DNA from: Escherichia coli
Lineage (GTDB): Bacteria > Pseudomonadota > Gammaproteobacteria > Enterobacterales > Enterobacteriaceae
Strand: one strand, 5' to 3'
Length of the DNA: 64,000 nucleotides
NCBI RefSeq assembly: GCF_003334785.1
Contig: NZ_QOWV01000001.1
The position numbers and the translations under genes are program-made. Positions 36,683-47,838 of the stretch are shown piece by piece (the first letter of the stretch is position 1; each line of letters begins with the position of its first letter). The notes beneath the pieces were generated by a model, which saw only the letters and a list, made by a program, of their open reading frames with translations, made no database searches and was not told where the DNA came from.

Positions 36683-38872
36683 TCAGAATTGATACGTGCC
36701 GGTAATGCTGAAATTACGCGGTGTGCCGTAGACGATAGAACCTTCCACGTTGGTATCGTAGGTTTTGTCGAACAGGTTATTGACGTTCCCCTGTAACGAG
36801 AAGTTTTTCGTCACCTGGTAGCGGGTGAAGAGATCCACCAGCGCGTAGCTACCTTGCTCGGCGCGGAAGGTGCCATACGGCGTCACGGTGTCGGTATACA
36901 CGCGATTTTGCCAGTTAACACCACCGCCGACCGTCAACTCTGGCATGACAGGCAACCGATAGCTGGTGAACATTTTAACCGTGGTGCGTGGCAGATTAGG
37001 ATTAACGGCGTTTCCTTCGTTATCCTCTGCAATATAGCGCGTTGCGCCAAATGTCAGCTGCCAGTTGTCGGTAATTGCGCCGTTGAGTTCAAATTCCACC
37101 CCTTTACTGACTGTCCCATCCACCGCTTTATAGGCGGTTTCGCCGTTGCTGCCGGGGATAGGTGTACCGGTGGACTGAGCGACATTATCCTGCTCAATAC
37201 GGAAGATGGCTAACGTGGTGGTCAGACGGCTATTCATCCAGTCCGATTTCAGACCCAGCTCGTAGTTGTTACCGGTGATTGGAGCCAGATATTTGCCTGA
37301 ACTGTCACGATCATTTTGCGGCTGGAAAATAGAGGTATAGCTGGCGTAGGTCGACCAGTTGTCATTGATGTCAAACACCAGACCAGCGTAAGGCGTGGTG
37401 TGGTTTTTCTCCATGCTGTAAGTCAGCGTATCAACCCGCCAGTTGGTATAACGTGCGCCGAGGATCAGATGCAGCGGATCGGCAAGGGTGACACGAGTGG
37501 CAGCATATAACGATTTCATATGTGTGGTATCGTCCTGCGCCAGGCTCTGTGGTGACCAGTCGGTTTGTGGGAAATTGCCATTAAAGTTGTAGAAACTGCC
37601 AATTTCATCCGGGAAGATGTTGGCCCATGAACTGAAGTAACGATTGTTTTGTTTGCTGTAACTGCCACCAAACATTAGATTGTGCTGACGACCAAACAAT
37701 TCATAACTACCGTCAGCGAACAAATCCAGCGCATCAACTTTACGTTTGCCACTGTTCCAACCGGTGCCGCCGACATAATCAAAGCCAGGTCCATAATTAC
37801 TGTATGGCCCAACCAGCATACCATCCGCTTTGTTTACATAGGCATCGACATACATCATTTTGCTGTCAAATTCGACTTCAGAGTGGGTGGCATTCAGTGT
37901 CGCTTGCCAGGTATCAGCAAACTGCTGCTTCAGGGTCATAAAGACCTTGTTGATCTCTTTATCGTTGTACGCCCAGTCAGGTGCGGTACTGCGTGCGCGA
38001 TCGTAACTGTTGCTGCTGCCATCAGTATTCCAGCGCGGTAAACCGCCCCAGGTAGGGCTATTAACATCAATGCGCTGATATTCGTAACCGGCTGAAAGCG
38101 TCGTAAGATCGCCTAAATCAGCATCGACAATGCCCGAGAAGAAGGTCTTTTCACTGTTGTAGCGGTCCAGCCATGAGTCGTTATTCTGGTAGCCGCCGAC
38201 AATTCGCGCGCGGATTTTACCGTCTTCGGTGAGTGGGCTTTGTAAATCCGCCACATACCGTTCTTTGTTCCAGCTACCGTATTCCGCCGAGACATCGCCT
38301 TTAAATTCACGACTGGTCGCGTGTTTTCGAACCATATTAATTGCCGCAGATGGATTACCCGTCCCGGTCATGAGTCCTGTCGCGCCACGCACTACTTCTA
38401 CGCGTTCAAAGAGTGCCATATCAGAAAGTGCGTCGCCCAGATTCCAGCGCGATTCAAAATAGGTGGGGATACCATCAACCATATAGTTATCGATCTGGAA
38501 TCCGCGGGAATAATAAAGAGCACGATCGGAATCCGCCTGACTTTTGCTGATCCCCAGCGTGTTTTCCATCACTTCGCCCAGCGTTTGTAACTGCTGATCT
38601 TCCATCCGCTGCTGGCTAACAATAGTGACCGACTGAGGAATATCACGTTGAGTCATCTGCATTTTGGTACCCGCAGAGGTAGACGTTACGCTGTAATCAT
38701 TTTCGCCATCATCTGGAGCTGTGGCTGAACCCTCAACAATCACCGTTTCTTCAGTGGCTGGTGCAGCAAAAGCGGCAGAAGGTAATAGTGCCAGTGCTAT
38801 GCAACCGGCAAGTAGTGACGGTTTGGTGATGGCTTGATATTGATTATCCCTGTTAAATTGTGTTGAAAGCAT
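36683..38872 (-). CDS. fhuE: TonB-dependent outer-membrane ferric siderophore (coprogen/rhodotorulic acid) receptor FhuE (729 aa)
   Basis: MLSTQFNRDNQYQAITKPSLLAGCIALALLPSAAFAAPATEETVIVEGSA... (signal peptide, TonB box) ending in the aromatic residue typical of beta-barrels (...SITGTYQF); matches recalled FhuE. Confidence 0.95.
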   Translation of the reverse strand: MLSTQFNRDNQYQAITKPSLLAGCIALALLPSAAFAAPATEETVIVEGSATAPDDGENDYSVTSTSAGTKMQMTQRDIPQSVTIVSQQRMEDQQLQTLGEVMENTLGISKSQADSDRALYYSRGFQIDNYMVDGIPTYFESRWNLGDALSDMALFERVEVVRGATGLMTGTGNPSAAINMVRKHATSREFKGDVSAEYGSWNKERYVADLQSPLTEDGKIRARIVGGYQNNDSWLDRYNSEKTFFSGIVDADLGDLTTLSAGYEYQRIDVNSPTWGGLPRWNTDGSSNSYDRARSTAPDWAYNDKEINKVFMTLKQQFADTWQATLNATHSEVEFDSKMMYVDAYVNKADGMLVGPYSNYGPGFDYVGGTGWNSGKRKVDALDLFADGSYELFGRQHNLMFGGSYSKQNNRYFSSWANIFPDEIGSFYNFNGNFPQTDWSPQSLAQDDTTHMKSLYAATRVTLADPLHLILGARYTNWRVDTLTYSMEKNHTTPYAGLVFDINDNWSTYASYTSIFQPQNDRDSSGKYLAPITGNNYELGLKSDWMNSRLTTTLAIFRIEQDNVAQSTGTPIPGSNGETAYKAVDGTVSKGVEFELNGAITDNWQLTFGATRYIAEDNEGNAVNPNLPRTTVKMFTSYRLPVMPELTVGGGVNWQNRVYTDTVTPYGTFRAEQGSYALVDLFTRYQVTKNFSLQGNVNNLFDKTYDTNVEGSIVYGTPRNFSITGTYQF

Positions 38873-39205
38873 TTGAAATCTCTTGGTTTATGTTGTCGTC
38901 AGGCTCATGCCGGAGGAGGGTGATGAGCGATTATATTTAGTGTGCGAATAATTTTGTTTGTAAATGCAAATGAGAAATATACGCATTCATATTTGTCATG
39001 TAAACCAAACAGAGAATGTCTTTTCAGCGCATTCGCAGGCAGAAATGGGAATAATGGCGATATATACGGCAGCAAAACGATTTTTTGCTTAAGAAATCGT
39101 GAGTTAAGGTTGAAAGAGCAGGTTTAACTCGACCATACTCTATACTCGCAGTGTGGCGCGGCGTAGCATGGCGCAACGCATGGCTATTTGAAAAAGGAAA
39201 ATGTC

Positions 39206-39565
39206 GTGGCAGAAGAAACTATATTCAGCAAAATTATTCGTCGTGAGATCCCCTCCGATATCGTCTACCAGGATGATCTGGTAACGGCGTTTCGCGATAT
39301 TTCGCCGCAAGCGCCAACGCATATTCTGATCATTCCGAATATCCTCATTCCGACTGTGAACGACGTCTCAGCTGAGCATGAGCAGGCGCTGGGACGCATG
39401 ATCACCGTAGCGGCAAAAATTGCTGAGCAAGAAGGTATTGCCGAAGATGGCTATCGTCTGATCATGAATACCAACCGCCATGGCGGACAAGAGGTTTACC
39501 ACATCCATATGCACTTGTTGGGTGGCCGTCCGCTGGGACCAATGCTGGCGCATAAAGGTCTGTAA
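39206..39565 (+). CDS. hinT: HIT-family purine nucleoside phosphoramidase HinT (119 aa, GTG start)
   Basis: GTG at 39206 gives (M)[44 protein letters not shown]... with the HIHMHLL histidine triad, 119 aa as recalled for HinT; the ATG at 39188 gives a 6-aa longer form. Confidence 0.88.
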   Translation: MAEETIFSKIIRREIPSDIVYQDDLVTAFRDISPQAPTHILIIPNILIPTVNDVSAEHEQALGRMITVAAKIAEQEGIAEDGYRLIMNTNRHGGQEVYHIHMHLLGGRPLGPMLAHKGL

Positions 39566-39567
39566 CG

Positions 39568-39945
39568 ATGAGAAAAGGATGCTTTGGGCTGGTGTCTCTG
39601 GTGTTGTTACTGCTGGTGGGCTGTCGTTCACATCCGGAAATTCCGGTGAATGATGAGCAATCGCTGGTGATGGAGTCATCTTTATTGGCTGCGGGCATCA
39701 GTGCAGAAAAGCCCTTCCTTTCGACGTCTGATATTCAACCTTCAGCATCCTCAACGCTTTATAACGAAAGGCAAGAACCCGTTACCGTTCATTATCGTTT
39801 TTACTGGTATGACGCCAGAGGGCTGGAGATGCATCCTCTGGAAAGGCCACGCAGCGTTACCATTCCCGCACATTCGGCGGTAACGCTGTACGGCAGCGCC
39901 AATTTTCTGGGGGCGCACAAAGTCAGACTTTATCTATATTTGTAA
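39568..39945 (+). CDS. ycfL: Lipoprotein YcfL (125 aa)
   Basis: MRKGCFGLVSLVLLLLVGCRSHPEIPV... (lipobox LVGC); starts 2 nt after hinT; matches recalled YcfL. Confidence 0.9.
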   Translation: MRKGCFGLVSLVLLLLVGCRSHPEIPVNDEQSLVMESSLLAAGISAEKPFLSTSDIQPSASSTLYNERQEPVTVHYRFYWYDARGLEMHPLERPRSVTIPAHSAVTLYGSANFLGAHKVRLYLYL

Positions 39946-39958
39946 GGGGTGAATCTTG

Positions 39959-40580
39959 ATGACAAAAATGAGTCGCTACGCCTTGATTACCGCGCTGGCG
40001 ATGTTTCTCGCCGGGTGTGTGGGGCAACGTGAACCTGCACCGGTAGAAGAAGTGAAACCAGCGCCGGAACAACCAGCCGAGCCACAACAGCCTGTCCCCA
40101 CAGTGCCCTCGGTGCCGACGATCCCGCAGCAGCCAGGCCCAATTGAGCACGAAGATCAAACTGCACCGCCTGCGCCGCATATTCGCCATTATGACTGGAA
40201 TGGCGCAATGCAGCCGATGGTCAGTAAGATGCTTGGGGCTGACGGGGTGACTGCGGGTAGCGTCCTGCTGGTTGATAGCGTTAACAACCGTACTAACGGT
40301 TCGCTGAATGCCGCAGAAGCGACCGAAACGCTGCGAAATGCGCTGGCTAATAACGGGAAATTTACCCTGGTTTCCGCCCAGCAACTGTCGATGGCGAAGC
40401 AACAGTTAGGTTTGTCGCCGCAGGACAGTTTAGGCACCCGTAGTAAAGCCATAGGCATTGCCCGCAATGTCGGCGCTCATTACGTGCTGTACTCCAGCGC
40501 CTCTGGCAACGTTAACGCTCCGACCCTACAAATGCAGCTGATGCTGGTGCAGACGGGCGAAATTATCTGGTCAGGTAAAG

Positions 40581-40600
<20 letters not shown>
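39959..40600 (+). CDS. lpoB: Outer-membrane lipoprotein activator of PBP1B, LpoB (213 aa)
   Basis: [50 protein letters not shown]... (lipobox, Pro-rich linker); matches recalled LpoB (YcfM). Confidence 0.92.
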
Positions 40601-42441
<1,841 letters not shown>

Positions 42442-42463
42442 CCCTGGCTTATGTGAGGAAGCG

Positions 42464-43006
42464 ATGATTATCTATTTACACGGTTTTGACTCTAACAGTC
42501 CGGGTAACCACGAGAAAGTCTTACAATTGCAGTTTATTGACCCGGATGTACGCTTGATAAGCTACAGTACGCGGCATCCGAAACATGATATGCAGCATCT
42601 GCTTAAAGAAGTGGACAAAATGTTGCAACTGAACGTTGACGAGCGTCCGCTAATTTGCGGCGTTGGCTTGGGCGGATACTGGGCGGAACGGATTGGTTTT
42701 CTTTGCGACATCCGCCAGGTGATCTTCAACCCTAATTTGTTCCCTTATGAGAACATGGAAGGCAAGATTGATCGCCCGGAAGAGTATGCCGATATTGCCA
42801 CTAAGTGTGTGACCAACTTCCGTGAGAAGAATCGCGATCGTTGCCTGGTGATTTTGTCGCGTAATGATGAAGCGCTTAACAGCCAGCGGACATCTGAAGA
42901 GTTGCATCATTATTACGAGATTGTCTGGGACGAAGAGCAGACGCACAAATTCAAGAATATCTCCCCGCATTTACAGCGCATTAAAGCGTTCAAAACCCTC
43001 GGGTAA
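42464..43006 (+). CDS. ycfP: Alpha/beta-hydrolase-fold protein YcfP (180 aa)
   Basis: Start at [24 protein letters not shown] gives 180 aa, matching recalled YcfP; the six-frame ORF extends 19 codons upstream. Confidence 0.88.
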
Positions 43007-43014
43007 ATGCCCTC

Positions 43015-43135
43015 GTCGCATCAGGTAACCTTGCCGGTACCTGATGCGCTCCGAATTCTGTGGGTCGGATAAGGCGTCCACGCCGCATCCGACAGTCGAG
43101 CATCAATGCCTGATGCGCTTCTTATCAGGCCTACC
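43015..43135. repeat. BIME / REP cluster downstream of ycfP
   Basis: Three REP-type palindromes: CGCATCAGGTAACCTTGCCGGTACCTGATGCG, GTCGGATAAGGCGTCCACGCCGCATCCGAC and GCCTGATGCGCTTCTTATCAGGCCTAC. Confidence 0.7.
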
Positions 43136-43254
43136 GAACGCCCTGCATACACCCCTCACTCTATATCACTCTCACAAATTCGCTCAAATAATAAACAATA
43201 AACTCTGTTTTTTGATCTCACCCGGTAAAGTCGCCTATCTTTTCAGCAACAAAA

Positions 43255-43268
43255 CTTGATTAACATCA
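43255..43268 (+). promoter_or_regulatory. FNR-consensus site upstream of ndh
   Basis: TTGAT-TAAC-ATCAA, a perfect match to the FNR half-site consensus TTGAT-N4-ATCAA, about 140 bp upstream of the ndh start. Anaerobic repression of ndh by FNR is established. Confidence 0.6.
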
Positions 43269-43405
43269 ATTTTGGTATGACCAATGCACCATTCATGTTA
43301 TTCTCAATAGCGAAGAACATTTTCATTGCTGTAACCTGTTGTTAATTAAGAGCTATGTTAATAACCATTAATTAACAATTGGTTAATAAATTTAAGGGGG
43401 TCACG

Positions 43406-44710
43406 TTGACTACGCCATTGAAAAAGATTGTGATTGTCGGCGGCGGTGCTGGTGGGCTGGAAATGGCAACACAGCTGGGGCATAAGCTGGGACGCAAGAA
43501 AAAAGCCAAAATTACGCTGGTCGATCGTAACCACAGCCACCTGTGGAAACCGCTGCTGCACGAAGTGGCGACTGGCTCGCTTGATGAAGGCGTCGATGCG
43601 TTGAGCTATCTGGCCCATGCGCGCAATCATGGTTTCCAGTTCCAGCTGGGTTCCGTCATTGATATTGATCGTGAAGCGAAAACAATCACTATTGCAGAAC
43701 TGCGCGACGAGAAAGGTGAACTGCTGGTTCCGGAACGTAAAATCGCCTATGACACCCTGGTAATGGCGCTGGGTAGCACCTCTAACGATTTCAATACGCC
43801 AGGTGTCAAAGAGAACTGCATTTTCCTCGATAACCCGCACCAGGCGCGTCGCTTCCACCAGGAGATGCTGAATTTGTTCCTGAAATACTCCGCCAACCTG
43901 GGCGCGAATGGCAAAGTGAACATTGCGATTGTCGGCGGCGGCGCGACGGGTGTAGAACTCTCCGCTGAATTGCACAACGCGGTCAAGCAACTGCACAGCT
44001 ACGGTTACAAAGGCCTGACCAACGAAGCCCTGAACGTAACGCTGGTAGAAGCGGGAGAACGTATTTTGCCTGCGTTACCGCCACGTATCTCTGCTGCGGC
44101 CCACAACGAGCTAACGAAACTTGGCGTTCGCGTGCTGACGCAAACCATGGTCACCAGTGCTGATGAAGGCGGCCTGCACACTAAAGATGGCGAATATATT
44201 GAGGCTGATCTGATGGTATGGGCAGCCGGGATCAAAGCGCCAGACTTCCTGAAAGATATCGGTGGTCTTGAAACTAACCGTATCAACCAGCTGGTGGTGG
44301 AACCGACGCTGCAAACCACCCGCGATCCAGACATTTACGCTATTGGCGACTGCGCGTCATGCCCGCGTCCGGAAGGGGGCTTTGTTCCGCCGCGTGCTCA
44401 GGCTGCACACCAGATGGCGACTTGCGCAATGAACAACATTCTGGCGCAGATGAACGGTAAGCCGCTGAAAAATTATCAGTATAAAGATCATGGTTCGCTG
44501 GTATCGCTGTCGAACTTCTCCACCGTCGGTAGCCTGATGGGTAACCTGACGCGCGGCTCAATGATGATTGAAGGACGAATTGCGCGCTTTGTATATATCT
44601 CGCTATACCGAATGCATCAGATTGCGCTGCATGGTTACTTTAAAACCGGATTAATGATGCTGGTGGGGAGTATTAACCGCGTTATCCGTCCGCGTTTGAA
44701 GTTGCATTAA
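43406..44710 (+). CDS. ndh: Type II NADH:quinone oxidoreductase NDH-2 (434 aa, TTG start)
   Basis: TTG at 43406, preceded by AAGGGGG at the right spacing, gives (M)[56 protein letters not shown]..., 434 aa as recalled for Ndh; the six-frame ORF from ATG 43379 is 9 codons longer. Confidence 0.88.
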
Positions 44711-44919
44711 TCGACGTACACTGGCGGATGTGGCATAAACGCCTCATCCGCCCTTGAGGAACAGCGCGATCGGCAGCCGCGTTGTATCAGGCATCCTTTC
44801 AGACTCCTCCGAATCCTTAAGTATTTCCAGCCATTCCCGCGCTTTTCATCTTCTGTCTGATAGCTGCTTTTCTCCTTCGCTTGCATGATTGGCATAACTG
44901 CAAAGAAGGAGGTGTTCCC

Positions 44920-45459
44920 GTGAATAAATCAATGTTGGCGGGTATCGGGATTGGTGTCGCAGCTGCGCTGGGCGTAGCGGCAGTGGCCAGTCTGAACGTG
45001 TTTGAACGGGGCCCGCAATACGCTCAGGTTGTTTCTGCAACCCCAATCAAGGAAACGGTTAAAACACCGCGTCAGGAGTGTCGCAACGTCACAGTGACCC
45101 ATCGTCGACCGGTGCAGGATGAAAATCGCATTACCGGGTCGGTGCTCGGCGCTGTTGCTGGCGGCGTGATAGGGCATCAGTTTGGTGGTGGTCGCGGTAA
45201 AGATGTCGCCACTGTTGTGGGGGCGCTGGGTGGTGGATATGCCGGTAACCAGATCCAGGGCTCTCTCCAGGAAAGCGATACTTACACGACTACGCAACAG
45301 CGTTGTAAAACGGTGTATGACAAGTCAGAAAAAATGCTCGGTTATGATGTGACCTATAAGATTGGCGATCAGCAGGGCAAAATCCGCATGGACCGCGATC
45401 CGGGTACGCAGATCCCGCTAGATAGCAACGGGCAACTGATTTTGAATAACAAAGTATAA
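44920..45459 (+). CDS. ycfJ: Glycine-zipper (Rick 17 kDa antigen-like) membrane protein YcfJ (179 aa, GTG start)
   Basis: GTG at 44920, preceded by AGGAGG, gives (M)NKSMLAGIGIGVAAALGVAAVASLN..., 179 aa as recalled for YcfJ. Confidence 0.85.
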   Translation: MNKSMLAGIGIGVAAALGVAAVASLNVFERGPQYAQVVSATPIKETVKTPRQECRNVTVTHRRPVQDENRITGSVLGAVAGGVIGHQFGGGRGKDVATVVGALGGGYAGNQIQGSLQESDTYTTTQQRCKTVYDKSEKMLGYDVTYKIGDQQGKIRMDRDPGTQIPLDSNGQLILNNKV

Positions 45460-45482
45460 CAAGGCTGTACTCTGCAATTTGG

Positions 45483-45516
45483 CCCCTCATTCGCTCAGGC
45501 TGAGGGGCTTTTTTTG
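45483..45516 (+). terminator. Rho-independent terminator of ycfJ
   Basis: Hairpin GCCCCTCA-ttcgctcaggc-TGAGGGGC followed by TTTTTTT. Confidence 0.75.
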
Positions 45517-45520
45517 CGAC

Positions 45521-46153
45521 TTATTTCACCAGTTCGGGCCATAAACGCAAAGTCGTTCCGGCAATCTGCATCAGTTTTTCCAGCGATGCACCTTCGCGTG
45601 CGCTGATCGACATCCCCTGAATAATACAATTAAGGAATTCTGCCAGATGTGTCACGTCACAGTGGGGCGGGATTTCCCCGCGCGCTTGTCGTTGACATAA
45701 AAACTGCTGCAAAGTGCGCTCTTGCATCGCATGGCGTGATTTCAACGTATTGGCGATATCTCCTGAATCTGGGGAGAGGGTGGTGCAGTTGTTGATCATG
45801 AAGCAGCCTGCCGGGGTGTCTTTGCTGGTAAAGCAGTTGGCGATGGCAGCAAAATAGTCAGCCAGCGCAGACTCCACGCTTTTCTCTTCACAAAACAGCT
45901 GTGCTTCATGCTTAGCGGCAAAACGATCGATATAGCGGTCGAGAACGGCACGAAATAACCCCTCTTTGTTGGTAAATTCCGCGTATAGCGTGGGCGCTTT
46001 GGCTCCGGTCGCTTCGACGAGGTCCGCAAGAGAAGTCGCTTCATAACCGTGTTGCCAGAACAATTTCATGGCCTTATCAAGCGCGGCATCCCTGTCGAAC
46101 ACTTTTGGGCGGCCACGGCTTTTTTTTACACATTGTGTTGAGTCAGTTGCCAT
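45521..46153 (-). CDS. comR: TetR-family transcriptional repressor ComR (210 aa)
   Basis: Start at MATDSTQCVKKSRGRPKVFDRDAALDKAMKLFWQHGYEATSLADLVEATG (TetR HTH) gives 210 aa, matching recalled ComR (YcfQ). Confidence 0.88.
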   Translation of the reverse strand: MATDSTQCVKKSRGRPKVFDRDAALDKAMKLFWQHGYEATSLADLVEATGAKAPTLYAEFTNKEGLFRAVLDRYIDRFAAKHEAQLFCEEKSVESALADYFAAIANCFTSKDTPAGCFMINNCTTLSPDSGDIANTLKSRHAMQERTLQQFLCQRQARGEIPPHCDVTHLAEFLNCIIQGMSISAREGASLEKLMQIAGTTLRLWPELVK

Positions 46154-46309
46154 GATGCCGTTGTACCTGGTGACTGTGAATGAAAGGTTATTATAAAAAT
46201 AATCACCTCCGTTCACCAGTCCAGATCCCATAAAAATAATTGCTTTCTATTTAACTGAAATTTAAAGATTTTTAAATTAATTAATGATTGTTATAAAAAA
46301 TATCTTGTA

Positions 46310-46325
46310 TGTGATCCAGATCACA
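46310..46325. promoter_or_regulatory. CRP-consensus palindrome in the comR / bhsA divergent intergenic region
   Basis: TGTGA-TCCAGA-TCACA: both half-sites match the CRP core consensus TGTGA-N6-TCACA exactly; contains two GATC sites; 69 bp upstream of the bhsA ATG. Confidence 0.5.
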
Positions 46326-46393
46326 TCTATCATTTAGTTATCGATCGTTAAGTAATTGCTTGCGACGTCATTCATCTGCATAAGGCCACTATT

Positions 46394-46651
46394 ATGAAAA
46401 ACGTAAAAACCCTCATCGCTGCGGCGATTTTAAGCTCCATGTCATTTGCCAGCTTTGCGGCTGTCGAAGTTCAGTCAACGCCAGAAGGCCAACAAAAAGT
46501 CGGTACAATCAGTGCTAACGCGGGGACAAATCTGGGATCGCTGGAAGAGCAGCTGGCGCAAAAAGCGGATGAGATGGGCGCAAAATCTTTCCGTATTACT
46601 TCTGTAACCGGTCCGAATACCCTCCATGGAACAGCAGTAATTTATAAATAA
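46394..46651 (+). CDS. bhsA: Stress-response / biofilm outer-membrane protein BhsA (85 aa, YdgH/BhsA family)
   Basis: MKNVKTLIAAAILSSMSFASFAAVEVQSTPEGQQKVGTISANAGTNLGSLEEQLAQKADEMGAKSFRITSVTGPNTLHGTAVIYK; matches recalled BhsA (YcfR). Confidence 0.92.
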   Translation: MKNVKTLIAAAILSSMSFASFAAVEVQSTPEGQQKVGTISANAGTNLGSLEEQLAQKADEMGAKSFRITSVTGPNTLHGTAVIYK

Positions 46652-46690
46652 GCATTAACCCTCATTAATGCCTGCTACTGCTGATTTTTT

Positions 46691-46724
46691 CCCCGCGACA
46701 TGCCGTGTCGCGGGGATTTTTTTA
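46691..46724 (+). terminator. Rho-independent terminator of bhsA
   Basis: Hairpin CCCCGCGACA-tgcc-GTGTCGCGGGG followed by ATTTTTTTTA. Confidence 0.8.
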
Positions 46725-46732
46725 TCCGGGCT

Positions 46733-47695
46733 TTACAGCGTTTGTGGGCTCACTTGATGACGGCGGACATCCACCGGCATCCCGGAACGGACATCCATCA
46801 CATGTTGCATCACTTCAGCGTCAGTTTGTGCTGCATCTTTAAATGATTGCATTGCGCTATTCAGCGTAATTGGCAGCAGCTGCGGATCGTCATCAATCTT
46901 CTCTGACAGCGGCTGATGTACTTCAACCAGACGCGCACCGTTTGGTTCGGCAGAGACTTTTATCGGAGTGTTGATGATATTCACTTTGGTGCCTGGGGTG
47001 ACCTGGCTAAAGAGTGTTTTGATATCGTCATCCCGCAGACGAATACAGCCAGAACTTACCCGCATGCCAATGCCGAAATCGGCGTTCGTACCATGAAGCA
47101 AATAAACGCCGCCATAGGCCGCCAGACGAATCGCATGATGGCCCATTGGGTTATCCGGTCCAGCCGGCACTACCGCAGGCAACTCAATTCCCTGTGCTTT
47201 ATAACGGGCGCGGATGTTTGCCGTTGGCGTCCAGGTTGGGTTTGCACGTTTGTCTGAAACGGTGGTCACCATTGTCGGTGTCAGCGTGTCACCACCTAAC
47301 TGACCAATACCTATTGGATACACGGTTACCGAATTTTTACCCGGCGGGTAGTAATAGAGACGCAGCTCCGCAATGTTGATCACAATGCCTTCGCGCGGCG
47401 CATCTGGAAGTAGGGTTTGCAACGGGATCGTTAACACGCTGCCCGCGCGCGGTACGTAAGGATCAACGCCGGGGTTAGCCTGTAACAGAGCGAGAAAGCC
47501 GACGTTGTATTTTTTGGCGATGGCTTCCAGAGAACCACCGTCATTTTCCACCACATGAAATTTGTTTTCGCCAACCAGACGACTGCCCGCTGGCGGCAGC
47601 GGCCAGGTGTTGGCTTTTGCCGGTAGCGCCAGCGCCACGGCAGCGGCGAACGTAAAAAACGTTAGCCAGCGAGAAAAACGCGTTTTGATCATCAC
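46733..47695 (-). CDS. ldtC: L,D-transpeptidase LdtC/YcfS (320 aa, GTG start)
   Basis: (M)MIKTRFSRWLTFFTFAAAVALALPAKA... with signal peptide, LysM region and YkuD catalytic domain (...HGTNADFGIGMRVSSGCIRL); 320 aa from the GTG matches recalled LdtC. Confidence 0.88.
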   Translation of the reverse strand: MMIKTRFSRWLTFFTFAAAVALALPAKANTWPLPPAGSRLVGENKFHVVENDGGSLEAIAKKYNVGFLALLQANPGVDPYVPRAGSVLTIPLQTLLPDAPREGIVINIAELRLYYYPPGKNSVTVYPIGIGQLGGDTLTPTMVTTVSDKRANPTWTPTANIRARYKAQGIELPAVVPAGPDNPMGHHAIRLAAYGGVYLLHGTNADFGIGMRVSSGCIRLRDDDIKTLFSQVTPGTKVNIINTPIKVSAEPNGARLVEVHQPLSEKIDDDPQLLPITLNSAMQSFKDAAQTDAEVMQHVMDVRSGMPVDVRRHQVSPQTL

Positions 47696-47838
47696 CAAAA
47701 ATCCATAATAAATATAAGGTTATTGTAATAAACAGATAAGCCTGAATTATGGATGGTGACAGTGTCGGATAGTGCAGGGAAGTGCAAAGAATTTGTAAAT
47801 GTTGCAGATGGGGGCGCAGAAACGCCCCCGATTTACCA

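Noticed and set aside
43358-43996. 212-aa ORF on the minus strand
   Set aside because: Antisense to the 5' half of ndh; no independent support.
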